This document shows positions 37,942 through 49,501 of a DNA stretch of 64,000 bases, in pieces; positions within the stretch are counted from its first letter, which is position 1, and every line of letters begins with the position of its first letter. Origin of the DNA: Moniliella sp. 'wahieum' (taxonomy: Eukaryota); the NCBI GenBank assembly GCA_003971905.1, contig RSEE01000037.1, forward strand, positions 1 through 64,000, written 5' to 3'. The position numbers were made by a program, and so were the translations under genes. Under the pieces are notes generated by a model that worked only from the letters and a program-made list of their open reading frames with translations, searched no databases and had not been told where the DNA came from.

Positions 37942-39977
37942 ATGGCCTTCTCCGGCGCACTCACCCTCACCGACCTCAACGACTACCTCGGCCCGTCCAG
38001 GCGTGCATCAAGCCGTCGACGCCGCCCCGCAGCGCTCGCCCCGGCGCCGCCGCCACCGAGATCGCAGTCGATGCCGACGGCGCGTACTACGAGCGCACCC
38101 CGCCGGCGCCCCGCCGACGCCCCCCGCGCCCCGCACAAAGCTCGAGGCGCGCGCAGATCAGCCTCAACGACTGCCTCGCCTGCAGCGCTGCGTCACTCGG
38201 CCGAGAGCGTGCTGGTCGCCATGCAGACCGACGACCAGCTGCGCCAGCACATCGCCGCCCAGCGCGCCGCCGAGCAGCAGCACCCCGCCGCCGCCCCCAC
38301 CCTCCGCGTGGCCAGCATTGCGCCCCAGGTGCTCGCCTCGCTCGTCGCGCGCTACGCCAGCACCAGCACCAGCACCAGCACCAGCACCATCCCGCCCCGC
38401 GCCGCGCTGCCGACCCAGCTGCTGCTGCTCCGCACGCGCTACTTTCTGCCACCGCCTTCGACTTTCACCACGTGTACGACACCACGTTTGCCCCCGCGTG
38501 GCGCTGCGCCAGTCCTACGCCGAGAGTACCGCGCCCGCCGCCACGCCGCCCCTGGCCAGCTCCCGCCGCACAACGCGGCGCAGCCATGTTGGCCAGCGCG
38601 TGTCCCGGGTGGATCTTGTTTGCCGAGAAGACGCATGCCGAGCTGCTGCCGTTTGTCAGTCGTACCAAGTCGCCCGCAGCAAATCGCCGGCAGTTTGGCA
38701 CGCCATTACCTCCTTCCCGCTCCAACGCCTTCTGCCCGCAGGCGGCCCTTTGGCACGGTGTACCATACTACCATCATGCCGTGTACGACAAGAAGCTCGA
38801 GGCGAGTCGGAATGACTTGAGGACGAGGTGCGGGGGTGGAAGGAGGTGGATGTGGTGCTGACGACGGGCGAGCTGGAAAAGCTCATGAAGGAAGAAACAG
38901 TTTGATTTGACTGTGCCCGTACCGGGCGAAGCAGAGTTGATTGCCTCGATGCGTCGGACTTGACCCTGTGGCGACCGCCCGTCCCTTCATCCAGCTCGTC
39001 TCGCCGCCCTCGCACGGATCCGAGACCCAAACCCCGCCCCGACTCCCGTTGCTCTTACCCTCGGGCCTGTCCGAGCCGGGAGCAGCAGCGGGGGTACCTC
39101 TTCCATCTCCTCTTGCCGTCGCTCACGACTATGCGTGCACCACCACACGCCCCGCGGCCCGAACTGAGCGTCAATGTGTTGCGCAACGCCGACTATGTCG
39201 AGTACACCCTCCGCGCTCCGTCCCCTCCCGAATCCGAACCCAACCCCGAGCCCGAAACCGAGTCCAAGTCCCAGTCCAAGTCCAAACCAGGGTCCGACCG
39301 GGGCACACTCTTGTCCGTGCGGCTGTGTGCTACGGGTTCCGCAACCTGACCAACCTCGTGAAGAAAGTGCAAGCGCAAACGGGAGCTGTGCGCAGCAAGG
39401 GTGTGCACGGGCTTATGGTGCTCGACAGTCCTAGCAGTTCAGGTGCCTCTACGCCCACTCTACGCCCACGTCCACGCCTACGCCCACGCGGAGGGGGCGG
39501 GGCGGTGGGGTGCGGACGCGGGGTGCGTGGCACGGTGTGCGGGCGCGTAGGGTCGGGACAGCCGAGAGCGAGTACGACTATGTGGAAGTCATGGCCTGTC
39601 CGAGCGGATGATTAATGGGGGAGGTAACTGCGTCCGATGGGGGGCGACGAAGCGGCGGCGGCCGCTCTACCTGCTCGAGACGAAGGAATGGACTTGGACG
39701 CGGGCGATCGCAAGATGTTAGCCGGGTGGCAAGGTACGAGCAAGAGTGGGTGCTGCGTGGGAGGCAGCGCGTATTGGGCCCACCCTTGCCCGGCGACACC
39801 AATCCCGTTTCCCAGCCAAGGCGGCGGCGCGGCGAGGCGGTGTACAGGTCAGCGGCGCCCCAGGACGGCGCACTGGTCGACGCGGTCCTAGCGGCTACGG
39901 ACGAACCGTTGGCCTTGTCTACCGACTACCATGCCCTGGCCCAGGAAGAAACCAACGGGCTGGCGGTGCAGTGGTGA
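37942..39977 (+). CDS. NAR1: Cytosolic Fe-S cluster assembly factor Nar1 (iron-hydrogenase-like)
   Basis: MAFSGALTLTDLNDYLGPS, ISLNDCLAC, MLASACPGW, YDKKLEASR, VLTTGEL, YGFRNL, YVEVMACP and C-terminal GLAVQW*. Confidence 0.93.
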
Positions 39978-40356
39978 ATGGTGATGGTGTGTGGTGGTGA
40001 ATGGTCGTGCCAGCATGGGGGTTTGGATCCCTCCCCCTCCCACGGCCCCTCTGACATGGCCCACTAGCAGCTTGCCTTGCAACTTGGCGAAGCACGCGAC
40101 GACCAACCGACCGACCAGCAACCATGCAGTAGATATATTTACCTGGGACGTTCTCCCAAAGCGGGCCCGCTCGGGCCTCAGGCTCAGGAGGCCGGCCTCG
40201 ACCAACCGCCGAGGATGCGTGACATTGGAATAGAGAGCAGAGGGGGAATGAGCTACAGCCAGCGCGACGGCGCCACCTCGTTTCACCGTTCACTGGAAAG
40301 CACGTTCCCCTCGTGAAGGAGGAGGGGGATGGGGGTTTAGCGTGTTACCCGTGTTA

Positions 40357-42950
40357 TTACCGTGCGGTTGATTGTTCGGGCGCGACGACGAAGGCGATCG
40401 AGAACGTTTGCCGCCATTGGGTACCGTAGGAGGCGACGACCATAAACGCCTGGGTAAAGATGAGAACGAACCCCCACCCGGATACCATCCATCCTGTGCC
40501 ATACGATGTTGGAGCGGCCGGAGATTGCGAGCCGACAGCCACAGCGCCACGGAAGAGCGAGTTGGCCGAGACGGCAGCGGAGCTACGGCCTTGTTGGCGT
40601 CGACCAAGTAGGCAAGAAAGACGGAATAGCAAGAGAATTGCAGCAACCCAATGCAAACAACATCACCACTGGACCCGCTACGTGCACGCCCTTTGTCGGT
40701 CATCCACGCGTACCGAAAAAGGGCAATGGGACCACAGGCCATACCAAAACAGGGCTTGAGCCGCTCCTCCGACGGCACGCCACCAAATGTCGTGCCATCC
40801 TTGTCGGCGCCGCGCTTCACCTTCGAGACGCAACCGTTTGAGCGCTTGTCAGATAACCTGCCAACCCACCAACGACCCCACCCCCCGCCGGCACCCAAGC
40901 CAAAAAGGATCAGTCCCACCACAACGGGCTGTAGCTGTAGGGCCGTGGAGAAGAGTGGGTAGCCGTATAGCTCAGGGAATATTGCGACGCAAAGGTAAAC
41001 CCCGAGTACAAGACCGAGAGGACATTGTGAGGCTGCTTGAGCGTTTCGATCATGGGCGTGAGCGGGTTGACATCGGACAACGTACTTGCACCTTGACCAC
41101 CTGTTCTGTCCACCGAGCGTGACGATGCGGTCAATTTCCTGGCCCAAGCCAATCGGCACACTCTGCACCGACCGCGTGCGCTCCAACTCTTCTTCCGCCA
41201 ACGCCTCAACGTCCGGTTGAAGCCCCGCCTTGCCATGTGCCAACTTCTCTTCGCTCTCCCCCATCCCCATCCCATTCCTTTGCCCTTGCCATCCACATCC
41301 ACATCCACATCCGCATCCGCATCCGCATCCGCATCCACATCCACATCCACATCCGTCTTACCCTTCTCCTCGCTCGCCGTCGGGACCAAACCGAGGCCTC
41401 GCCCGTCCCGCGGGGCAGAACTTGGTCCAGCGCGGGGAGAAAGGTAAGGTACCTCGTACTCCTCGAGTTCATGGCTTTCTTCCAGGGCTGACGTGAGCAC
41501 TGCCGATTCCATCCGCTGGACAAGACGCGATGGATGGAAGGAAGTGGGGATCGCGTTCGATGCGACGGTGCCGGGAGGGAGCGAAGTGTGCAACGCCGCC
41601 TCCACCTCGGCCGCGTTCTCCCTCCCGCCCTGCAGAGCAGCTACAGCAGGCCGGGTCCGAGCCGAAGAGCGGGTGGAAGGCGCAGTGCGCCGAACCCGCA
41701 GCCACAGTCGTGCCCACAAGGACCGGGAGGGGTGAGGGGTGGGTGGGGAGTTGGTCTGGGTTGCCCTGGGCGTGGGCGCGGGCCAGGGCTTGTTCCAACG
41801 AGCGTTTGCGCGCCTTGTGCCAGACCAAGGACCGTTCCTTGCGAAACGTTTCGCGGTAAAAAATGACAAACGTGGCAAAGATGGCCGCGCCGGCCGAACC
41901 AAGAAAGTAAAATGGGTAGCGCCACGACCCGGGCTGGTCAAGCCGCCACCCAAGAGCGAACCGACACTAGGCCCCAACATGGGCGCACAGTAGTAGTATC
42001 GATATCTTGGTCGCCCGTTCTTCCACCTGCAAAAAACGAGGAATACAGTACCGATCCGCGCGCCCCAGCACCCGCATCCGGAACCCGGAACCCGCACCGC
42101 CAAGCCGTCAGCATCTGCCTTTTTCTCGCACCGTTTCTATACTCGGTCCGGACCAGCCCACACGTACCGCATACAAGTCCGCGATGGTTGCCCCGCCATG
42201 GGGCAGCGGGGAGGAGATGTAGCCGCCGAGGATGCGCATGGCCAGGAAGAGTCCAATCGACTTGGCTGTCCCAGCAATCCACTGCACCACCGCAAACACC
42301 ACGAGACAAATGAGGTAGATCCACCGTCGGCCATAGAGCTCCGAAATGGGGACAAACGTGATGCTGCCGCCACCTTGGACGAGGATGAAGAGGGAGACGC
42401 TCATGGCAAGGATGTTGGCAGTCTAGAGCGCGCCATGCCCATCCCACGCGCGGCCGGGGGCCAGAGTCAATATGCGGTAACGCAAACATAAGGTGGATGG
42501 GAGTGACCAGTGAGGGGGAGAGGGAGGAGGGGAGAACCCAAGAAGAAAACAATAACATACCGTGTGCAAGCTGGCTTCAATCTGGGGGAGAGCAGGAAAG
42601 AGGATGTTGGCCGAGGTGGGGGATCCAGAGCCACAACTGAGCACTGCCAATGGTCCATTTGCGTGCGTTGCTCCAGAGCCGCGGATCGTCAGCGACGGGA
42701 TAGTGCTCAATGTCGAAGGTGGCGGAGCGGCCGAGGCGGCCGGGCGTCCGGGGCGGGGGGAGGAGCAGCGCGGGCGGGGGTGGGAGAGGCGGGGACGGAG
42801 GCGGAAGTAGCATTATGGTGAGAGTGGGACGCAATGACGGTGCGGGCCGACAGGCTGCTGGGTGAGGCGGGCAAGGTGTCGGTCATGAGGGCGTCTGCGG
42901 ACGGGGCAGAGGGAGGGGAGGATGCAGATGGTGTGAGTGGCAGGGGCCAT
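40357..42950 (-). CDS. MFS transporter, DHA1 (drug:H+ antiporter)-like
   Basis: DDPRLWSNARKW, NILFPALPQI, PISELYGRRWIYL, GGATIADLY, GPMLGPSVGSLLGG, EERLKP and AYLVDAN. Introns and frameshifts present; ends approximate. Confidence 0.85.
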
Positions 42951-43455
42951 CCAGGGGGGGGGGGGGGGGGGGGGGGGGAGGGCAAGGCGCTCAGTCCACA
43001 CGGGCGAGGGAGCAGGACAGGAGAAGAGGGTGGCGGGTGGCAGCGAGAAGGGAAGGAACGAGAAGGGTGGGGATCGTAGCAGCTGAAGATAGTAGTAGAT
43101 TTCCGACGTGGTGTCAGTCGTCGGTGTTTTTACCCAAAAGCCAGTCCCACCAGCCCTGCCCCACGCCGGCCTTGTCGGGGGTAAGATCTAAGAGACAGGT
43201 CAGCAAAGTATCGATGGCGGCGTGGCTGGCTCGAGTCACTAGTCAGACTGAGCACTGTCTAGTTTATCCAGGTGGTACTTGCACGGTGCCCATCCAGTGG
43301 TACTCGCTGCTGTCGGTGCCACTCTTTTCCCGGCCACTTGTTTCTACTTGGGCGGCTTGAAGATACTCCCCCCAAACGTGGTTCCGCCGGCAACTCCGGT
43401 CACACTTGGTCACACGCTCACCTCCACGTGATCCGCGGATATACTCGGCCGAGGC

Positions 43456-43829
43456 TGTTTGGCCTAGGGAGCCGGACGGGCAGAAGGATGAGGAGAAGGT
43501 GATGGATTGGAGCCAGAGTTGGGTCTGGGTACAGAGGCATCTATATAGGAGGCTGGACTAGGCACAGGGACAGTGAGTCACACAGGAGAGAGTGCAGGGC
43601 ACAGGGACAGTGACACGCAGGGACGTCAGCGTGGAAGCCGATGGAACCGAGGCGAACCTGGTCTACCGACTGGGAGCCAGAGGATCACAGTCAACACCCC
43701 GCTGGCCAGGAACCCGGAGACATCGGTTGTGGGATGAGCTCCTGCCAGTGGATGTAGAGAGGGGAGGACTTGAGTGGCAACCGGGACGAATGGCCTGGAG
43801 TTGTGCATGGCCACCACGACTGGCCTACA
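43456..43829 (-). repeat. 3' LTR of the copia element (374 bp)
   Basis: Direct repeat of 49502-49874; I see only single-base indels. It is preceded on the minus strand by PPT GGACAGCGGGGG (43830-43841). Confidence 0.95.
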
Positions 43830-44415
43830 CCCCCGCTGTCCAGGATGACACCTGAACGAGCCGAGCGCTTGTGGTTGGTGTATTGTGCGACCGCCAGATG
43901 CTTGTAGAAGTCTTAGAAGTAAAAGTAGTAGGGGTTGCGCCCCGAAGCGATTTGGTGGGCAAAAGTAAAAAGCACCAGTTATAGGTGTAGTGAAAGAAAA
44001 TTGGAAACTTGGAGTAAATGCGGTCAAGGTCGTTTGGCATCAAAATTGGATGCGTTTGGTAGTTGTTTGGTTCCGCATGCCTGGTGCCAGTGGGGTCCAT
44101 TGGGCATGGGAAATGAACGGGCGCTATGCGTCAACCGTCTTGATCTGTTTGGGTTCTCTTTGGTTGTTGAAAAAGAGGAGTGGAAGAAGTTGGGTGACCA
44201 CCCCCCCCATCCTTTCCCCAGGTGCCCCGGATGAATTGGCAATCCGGGGCGTGTAGCCGTGGGTGGGGCACTTGATGAGCAGCCACCCCCTTTCTGCGAT
44301 TCGCCTGCGCCGTTTTGTCGTTGGAGGAATTTCGTCTCGTTGACGATACCCGACACGTTTTGTTCCGTCGTGTGTTGTCCCTAAAAATCATTGCCCCATC
44401 TGTGGGGGACGAGTG

Positions 44416-44491
44416 TGCCGATTGTGGCGGTAGTATGCCGATTGTGGCGGTAGTATGCCGATTGTGGCGGTAAGGTGCCGATTGTGGCGGT
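44416..44491. repeat. 20-bp tandem repeat (TGCCGATTGTGGCGGTAGTA) x~4 in the copia 3' internal region
   Basis: Units start at 44416, 44436, 44456 and 44476. Confidence 0.92.
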
Positions 44492-44734
44492 GGTGTTGTT
44501 GGGCGGGAGACGGGTGTGTCTTGTGGGCTTGGCGGCTTAGCTTGGGCTTGTAGGCTTGGGGGTGGGCTTGCTTGAAGAGCGCTCCCCTTCCGGGGGATCA
44601 GATTGTAGCTCTGTTGGCCTCGCTACTACCACAGAATGTGAGCACTGAACGTCGTATTGGACTAAGAAGCTTCTGCGACTGACTCGTCCAGAAACTGGTG
44701 CGAGCTCGGAAGAATGAAAGCTGACTCACGTGAC

Positions 44735-47700
44735 TCAGGGTCCCGCGCGGGTCCTAGGACGGATGTCAACACCCCCGCTGACCGGAGGCCCAGTCATGTG
44801 GACTGGATCCATCTCCTCGACGCGGAGTTGAGCAAATGGCTTGTCAGGGCGGGACGGCCGAGAGGCTTGGTGAGGACGTCCGCTGGGTTCCTTTCGCCGG
44901 GGATGTGTACAATGGCCTCGCCCGAGTCCACGTGTTGCCGTACATTGTGGTACCGGATCTTCAGCTCTCGGAGCTTGCCGGTGCTGCCAAATTTGTGGGC
45001 GAGATCGCGACAGACTTATTGTCGCATACCAATGAATGGGTGTACCCCTCGCGATGGCCCCAAGCTCGATCATGATGTTCTTGACATAGTTGGCGTCAAC
45101 CAGTCCATCATATCCTGCCGTATATTCGGCGGCTGCGGTACTGGTAACGCTCTTCGGCTGAAGAATGGATCGCCACGACACCGGCACACCGTACACCATC
45201 AGTTACATCCAGATGTGGAGCGTGCCTGGATGGGATCTCCCGCCAAGTCGGAATCTGTATACAGCGCAATGGCCGGTGCATCTGATGTTGGGGTCAACCT
45301 CAGGCCCTTTCCTCGAGTATGGTACAGGTAGCGAAGGAAGTCATCGACTGCTTGATGATGCTGCTGCGATGGGTCGGCAGCGGCTCTGCTGAGGGCCGTG
45401 ATAGCGAAGAGGGAGTCAGGCCGGCCCATTCGTGCAGCCCACAGTCCCGATCCGATCTTCCCCTGATATGCCTTGCGCAAGGCTGGGAGGGATGGGGGTT
45501 CAGGGTCGGCACGGGGCGGTATCATCCGTACGGGATGTGGGAGAGTCCGGATCCACGGGGCTTTGATGTGGTGCTTTGCCACCACTTCCTCGATGAACTT
45601 TGGTTGGCTCAGGTACAGCTCCCCACCGATCCGATCGTATTGGCATCCCAGGTGGTAGTGAAGGGGACCGTTACCACGAACATCAATGTGTGTGTTTATC
45701 TCGGCCATAAACTCCTCGTACTTTTGGTGTGACTTGCATGCGAGGAGCAGATCGTCGGTGTGGACCGCCAGGAGGATCTGCTCACCCGGTGGTGCAGCGC
45801 GCACGAACAAGCAGGGCTCGGTCAAGCTTTGCGTGAAGCCGAGCTTGTCACGCAGCAGGTTCCGGATGTATCGTGCCCAGTTTGCTCCGCTCTGATGTAG
45901 CCCGTATAGACTCTTCTTGAGACGCCACACGCGACCACCCGCTTCGGGGAAGTAGGGGGGTGGGCGGATGTAGACTGCTTCTTCGAGGGGGGCGTTCAGG
46001 TACGCTGCATTGACGTCCGCCGAGAAGAGGCCAAACTTATACTTCTCGGCCAGCACGACGAGGGTCAGGATGGCAGGTGTGCGCACCGATGGTGCGAACG
46101 TCTGGCCCCAAGTCTCGGCCGATTGTTGGTGTCCGCCCGCGACAAAGCGCGCGCGGTGGCGCAGGAACCGGCCCTCGGCGTCCGTCTTTGTGGTGATGCG
46201 CCATAGTCCTATGAGGATTTGTGCACCCGGTGGTGGGTACGTAGCCTCGTAGGTGCCGTATCGCGCGAGTGTGGCCACCTCGTCGGCCATAGCCTGCTTG
46301 ACCATGGCAAAGGAGGGGTGAGTCTCGAGACCCTTGAGCGTCTTGGGAGCGAGGGGTACGCCATCCTTGGTGAGCTGAACCGTGTCCGGGTGGATGGGTG
46401 CGCTGAGAGCAGTCATGGCGGCGTATTCGGGAGGTTGAACTGTGTCGGCAAACGGGGGGGCGGATGTGTCAGGTAGGGGGCGGGCGATGCCGATCTCTGG
46501 TGCGGCGCAGTGGGGCGTGGCGGCTGCAGCACGAGCATGGTAGGTCGTGTCGGTGGGGTCGTCAGCGATTGGGAGTGTGTGCAGGTCGAGGGAGGTGCGG
46601 GTGGTGCGCTGGCGGAGGGGGTAGCGGCGCGGAGGGGGGGTGGTGGTGGGAGCGGGTGTCTGGGGTGTGGCGGCGGTTCGGGGCATGGGTGCTGCCGCGG
46701 CTGGCGGAGTAGGGTTAGCGTCTTTTTCACTGTCGATTTTAATTTGAGGTGATTTGGAGATGTCGGGTGGGAAGTGGTCGGGGTGGAGATGGGGGTAGAT
46801 GGCGTTGCCCCATTTGTACGGTTTCGACCAGCGGTAGGTGAAGGTACCCAGGGATGGTTGGTATGTGGCGAAGAGCCATCCCTTTGATCCGCGCTGATGG
46901 TGGTATCCTACCAGCATACCTTCCTCTGCCCGCGCGCTGAGCTTGTGCTCGCGGCGTGACTCGGGCAGATGGAGGTATGCAACGCGGCCAAAGGGTTGCA
47001 TCGGTAACGAGTATGCGTGGCCTTTGTATCGCTCAAATCGCGATTTGTTGTCTTCCCCGGATGTTTTGAGTGGCATTTGGTTTTGGGTGAAGCACGCAGC
47101 GTGGAGGCTGTGTTCCCACCAGTCCGACGTCGGAAGACCTGTACCCAAGAGCAACTGCCTTGCACGAGTCGTTATGGTTCGGATGGCACGCTCAGCCACA
47201 CCGTTGCTAGCACTCTGCCCCGGGATTGTCCGTTCTGACGTGATGCCTTGCTCGTCCAGAAAAGGTTGCAGTGCGCTTGTCAATTCGGGGGCGTTGTCCG
47301 TGCGCAAAGTCCGCAGCAGTCTGTCCGGGCCGTAGCGTTGCTCCCGCAATATGAGGTTCCGCAGTTCCTTCGTTGCAGCGCCCTTTGTCGGGATCGCTGT
47401 GGTGAAGACGTACCGCGTGAAGTCATCAACGGCGACGAGGGCGTATCCGTGCCCCATGCCGGTTACCCGGGGGAGGTCTACTACGTCGACGTGGAGGACC
47501 TCGAAAGGTCTTTTGGATCGGAGGCGGTCCCGGCTCGGATGGGGCGATGCTGTCGCTAGTGCCACCGCGCATGTTGGGCAATCCCACTCTGAACGACAGA
47601 GGGAGATATGCTTGGCTGTGACGCGGAGGCCTGCGGTTTCCGATCGTGTAAGCCAGGGGAGGAGGTCGATGGCTGCGTGGTTCCAGCGTTTGTGGGCTTT

Positions 47701-48201
47701 AGAGACGTGGTCCAGGGCCAGGGATGCTGCGAGGGAGTTTGGGGTTGAGGGTGGGTCGGCCGGTTTGATCGGTTTGGTCGCCATGGCCCGCAGGGGTGTG
47801 GGTGGCGTTCGCGGGTTGTGTAAGATCGTGAATTGATAGTCACTGCCGGTTACTTTTCGTAGGGTGGATCCTGGGTTACCAAGCCAGATACCCTTCTGGT
47901 GTGGGGCGAAGTATGATGCGATTCCGGTGTTCGACAGGTGTGCTACACTGACGAGATTTCGGCTGAAACGGGGCATGTATAGGCTGTTGGGGAGTTTTAT
48001 CTCCATTTGGTGTCCTCCTAAGCATCGGATACGGATTGTGGCCGTGCCTCGTCCTTCCGCCTTTACATGTGTCCCGTTAGCAACCTCTATCTCGTCGTCG
48101 CAAGGGGTCATGGATGTGAAGACGGATTTGTCTTTCCAAATGGATGGGAATGCCCCACTGTCATATAATGCCCGGATGATTCGCATTTCGCCCCCGAGTT
48201 C
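44735..48201 (-). CDS. pol: Copia Pol: protease, integrase, RT, RNase H (frameshifts in the RNase H part)
   Basis: YDSGA; HKRWNH...CPTC; HVD...VDDFTRY...RTDNAPE...NGVAERAIRT; DVNAAYLNAPLEE, LKKSLYGLHQSG, HTDD; YTDSDLAGD, RSTSG, VSWRS...AAEY and NPADVLTK. Confidence 0.93.
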
Positions 48202-49447
48202 CTAGTAGTCAGCTGTGCCCGCATCAACGTCAATCACTTCAGACTCGGGAGAGCTCGCTCTCTGAGCGACGTGAGCGTTGGCTCGGCCTGGGTTGCGCGG
48301 AGGGACAACAGGTTTATTAGACGTCGCGCTGCGCCAGGGTTGGTTGGTGCGGTCTTGCCCCTTGGTCTTTGTGTCCGCGAGGTTGTCGTCGCCGGCTTTG
48401 CCCCCGCTGGAGTTTTTTCCCCCGCTGGTGGGTCGTCCCCCGCTGTCGGGTCGAGTCCAAGGCGTTCCTCCGTTGACCGGCTTGCCTCCGTTTCTCTTCC
48501 TTTCTCCACCGGGATACGTGGCGGCTGGTATGTCCATCACGGCCTGCCGTAACTTGTCTAGACTCGAGCGCTCTTCACGCTGGCGAATGCTCATGTCGCG
48601 TAAGCCGAGTAGGATCCCAGTGCGTTCCTGCTCTTCCGTAAGTGGGATGCCCGCTCGCGTCAGGCTTGCACTGATCTCTTCCATGTAGTCGAGGTAGTCT
48701 CGACCCGATCGGTTTCCTTGGTCGGCCGAAAAGTAGCGAATGAGTAGAGGCCCTCTGTTTGCGGTAGGCGTATATCCATACCGCTGACGCAGCATGTTCA
48801 GCGTGTCCTGGGTGCATGATATTTCGTGGTGGGTGCGGATCGTCCGGAAGAGGGTTGACGGCATGGCTTCCCTAAGAAGGTTGTGCAAGCGTCTGTCGAG
48901 GTCCTCGGTGAAGTAGCGGGAGCTGCGACCATTCTGGACGACGTCGCTTGCGTGGGGGGGCATCTGTTATCGCGAAGAGAAATTCGTCTTCCCAAGCGCT
49001 GTAGGCGGACGGGTCTTTGTTCAGATCAGGCCACTTGATATTCTTGGTGGGAGACTCGCGTAGTGATCTGTAAAGGTCGTACTCGGGTCGCGAGGCTGCG
49101 CCTGTAGGTGCCCCCAAAGTTGCGTTGGGTTGAGTTTCCATTTGGTGGATGTTTTGCACCACAAAATTCGTAGCCCGTCGAACCCAGTTTGTCGTGATAG
49201 ACGTAGGTTCGTCCTTCCATCCAAGCCACTCGGCTCTGTCGTGTATAGCTCTGTTGATCTTCTCTTTAACGACATCGATGTCGTTCGTCTTCTTGAACCA
49301 CAGGTGCGCTTCGGCGCAAAGCATCATGAGTTCCTCGTTGTCGGTGCCAATCGGTGGCGGATCGCGACCGGTTGGTGTCCAGTAATCGCGCTTGTTCACC
49401 ATTGTGGTGTCGCTGACCGAGAGATCGGTGTTAGCGTTGGCGCCCAT
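48202..49447 (-). CDS. gag: Copia Gag (one homopolymer frameshift near 48960)
   Basis: First ATG after the PBS (MGANANTDL). YSAWEDEF...LNMLRQRYG...DYLDYMEEISASLTRAGIPLTEE...ILLGL resembles copia gag. Ends in TAG in frame with pol. Confidence 0.8.
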
Positions 49448-49501
49448 GGTTGTGGGTGTAGTTTTGGCCAGCTCAGGGATGAGCAGATAAGGATGTAACT
49501 C

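Noticed and set aside
44570..44650. Complete tRNA gene around the anticodon-arm mimic
   Set aside because: No D arm, T loop (GTTCG) or acceptor stem. Only the PBS-sized piece is tRNA-like.
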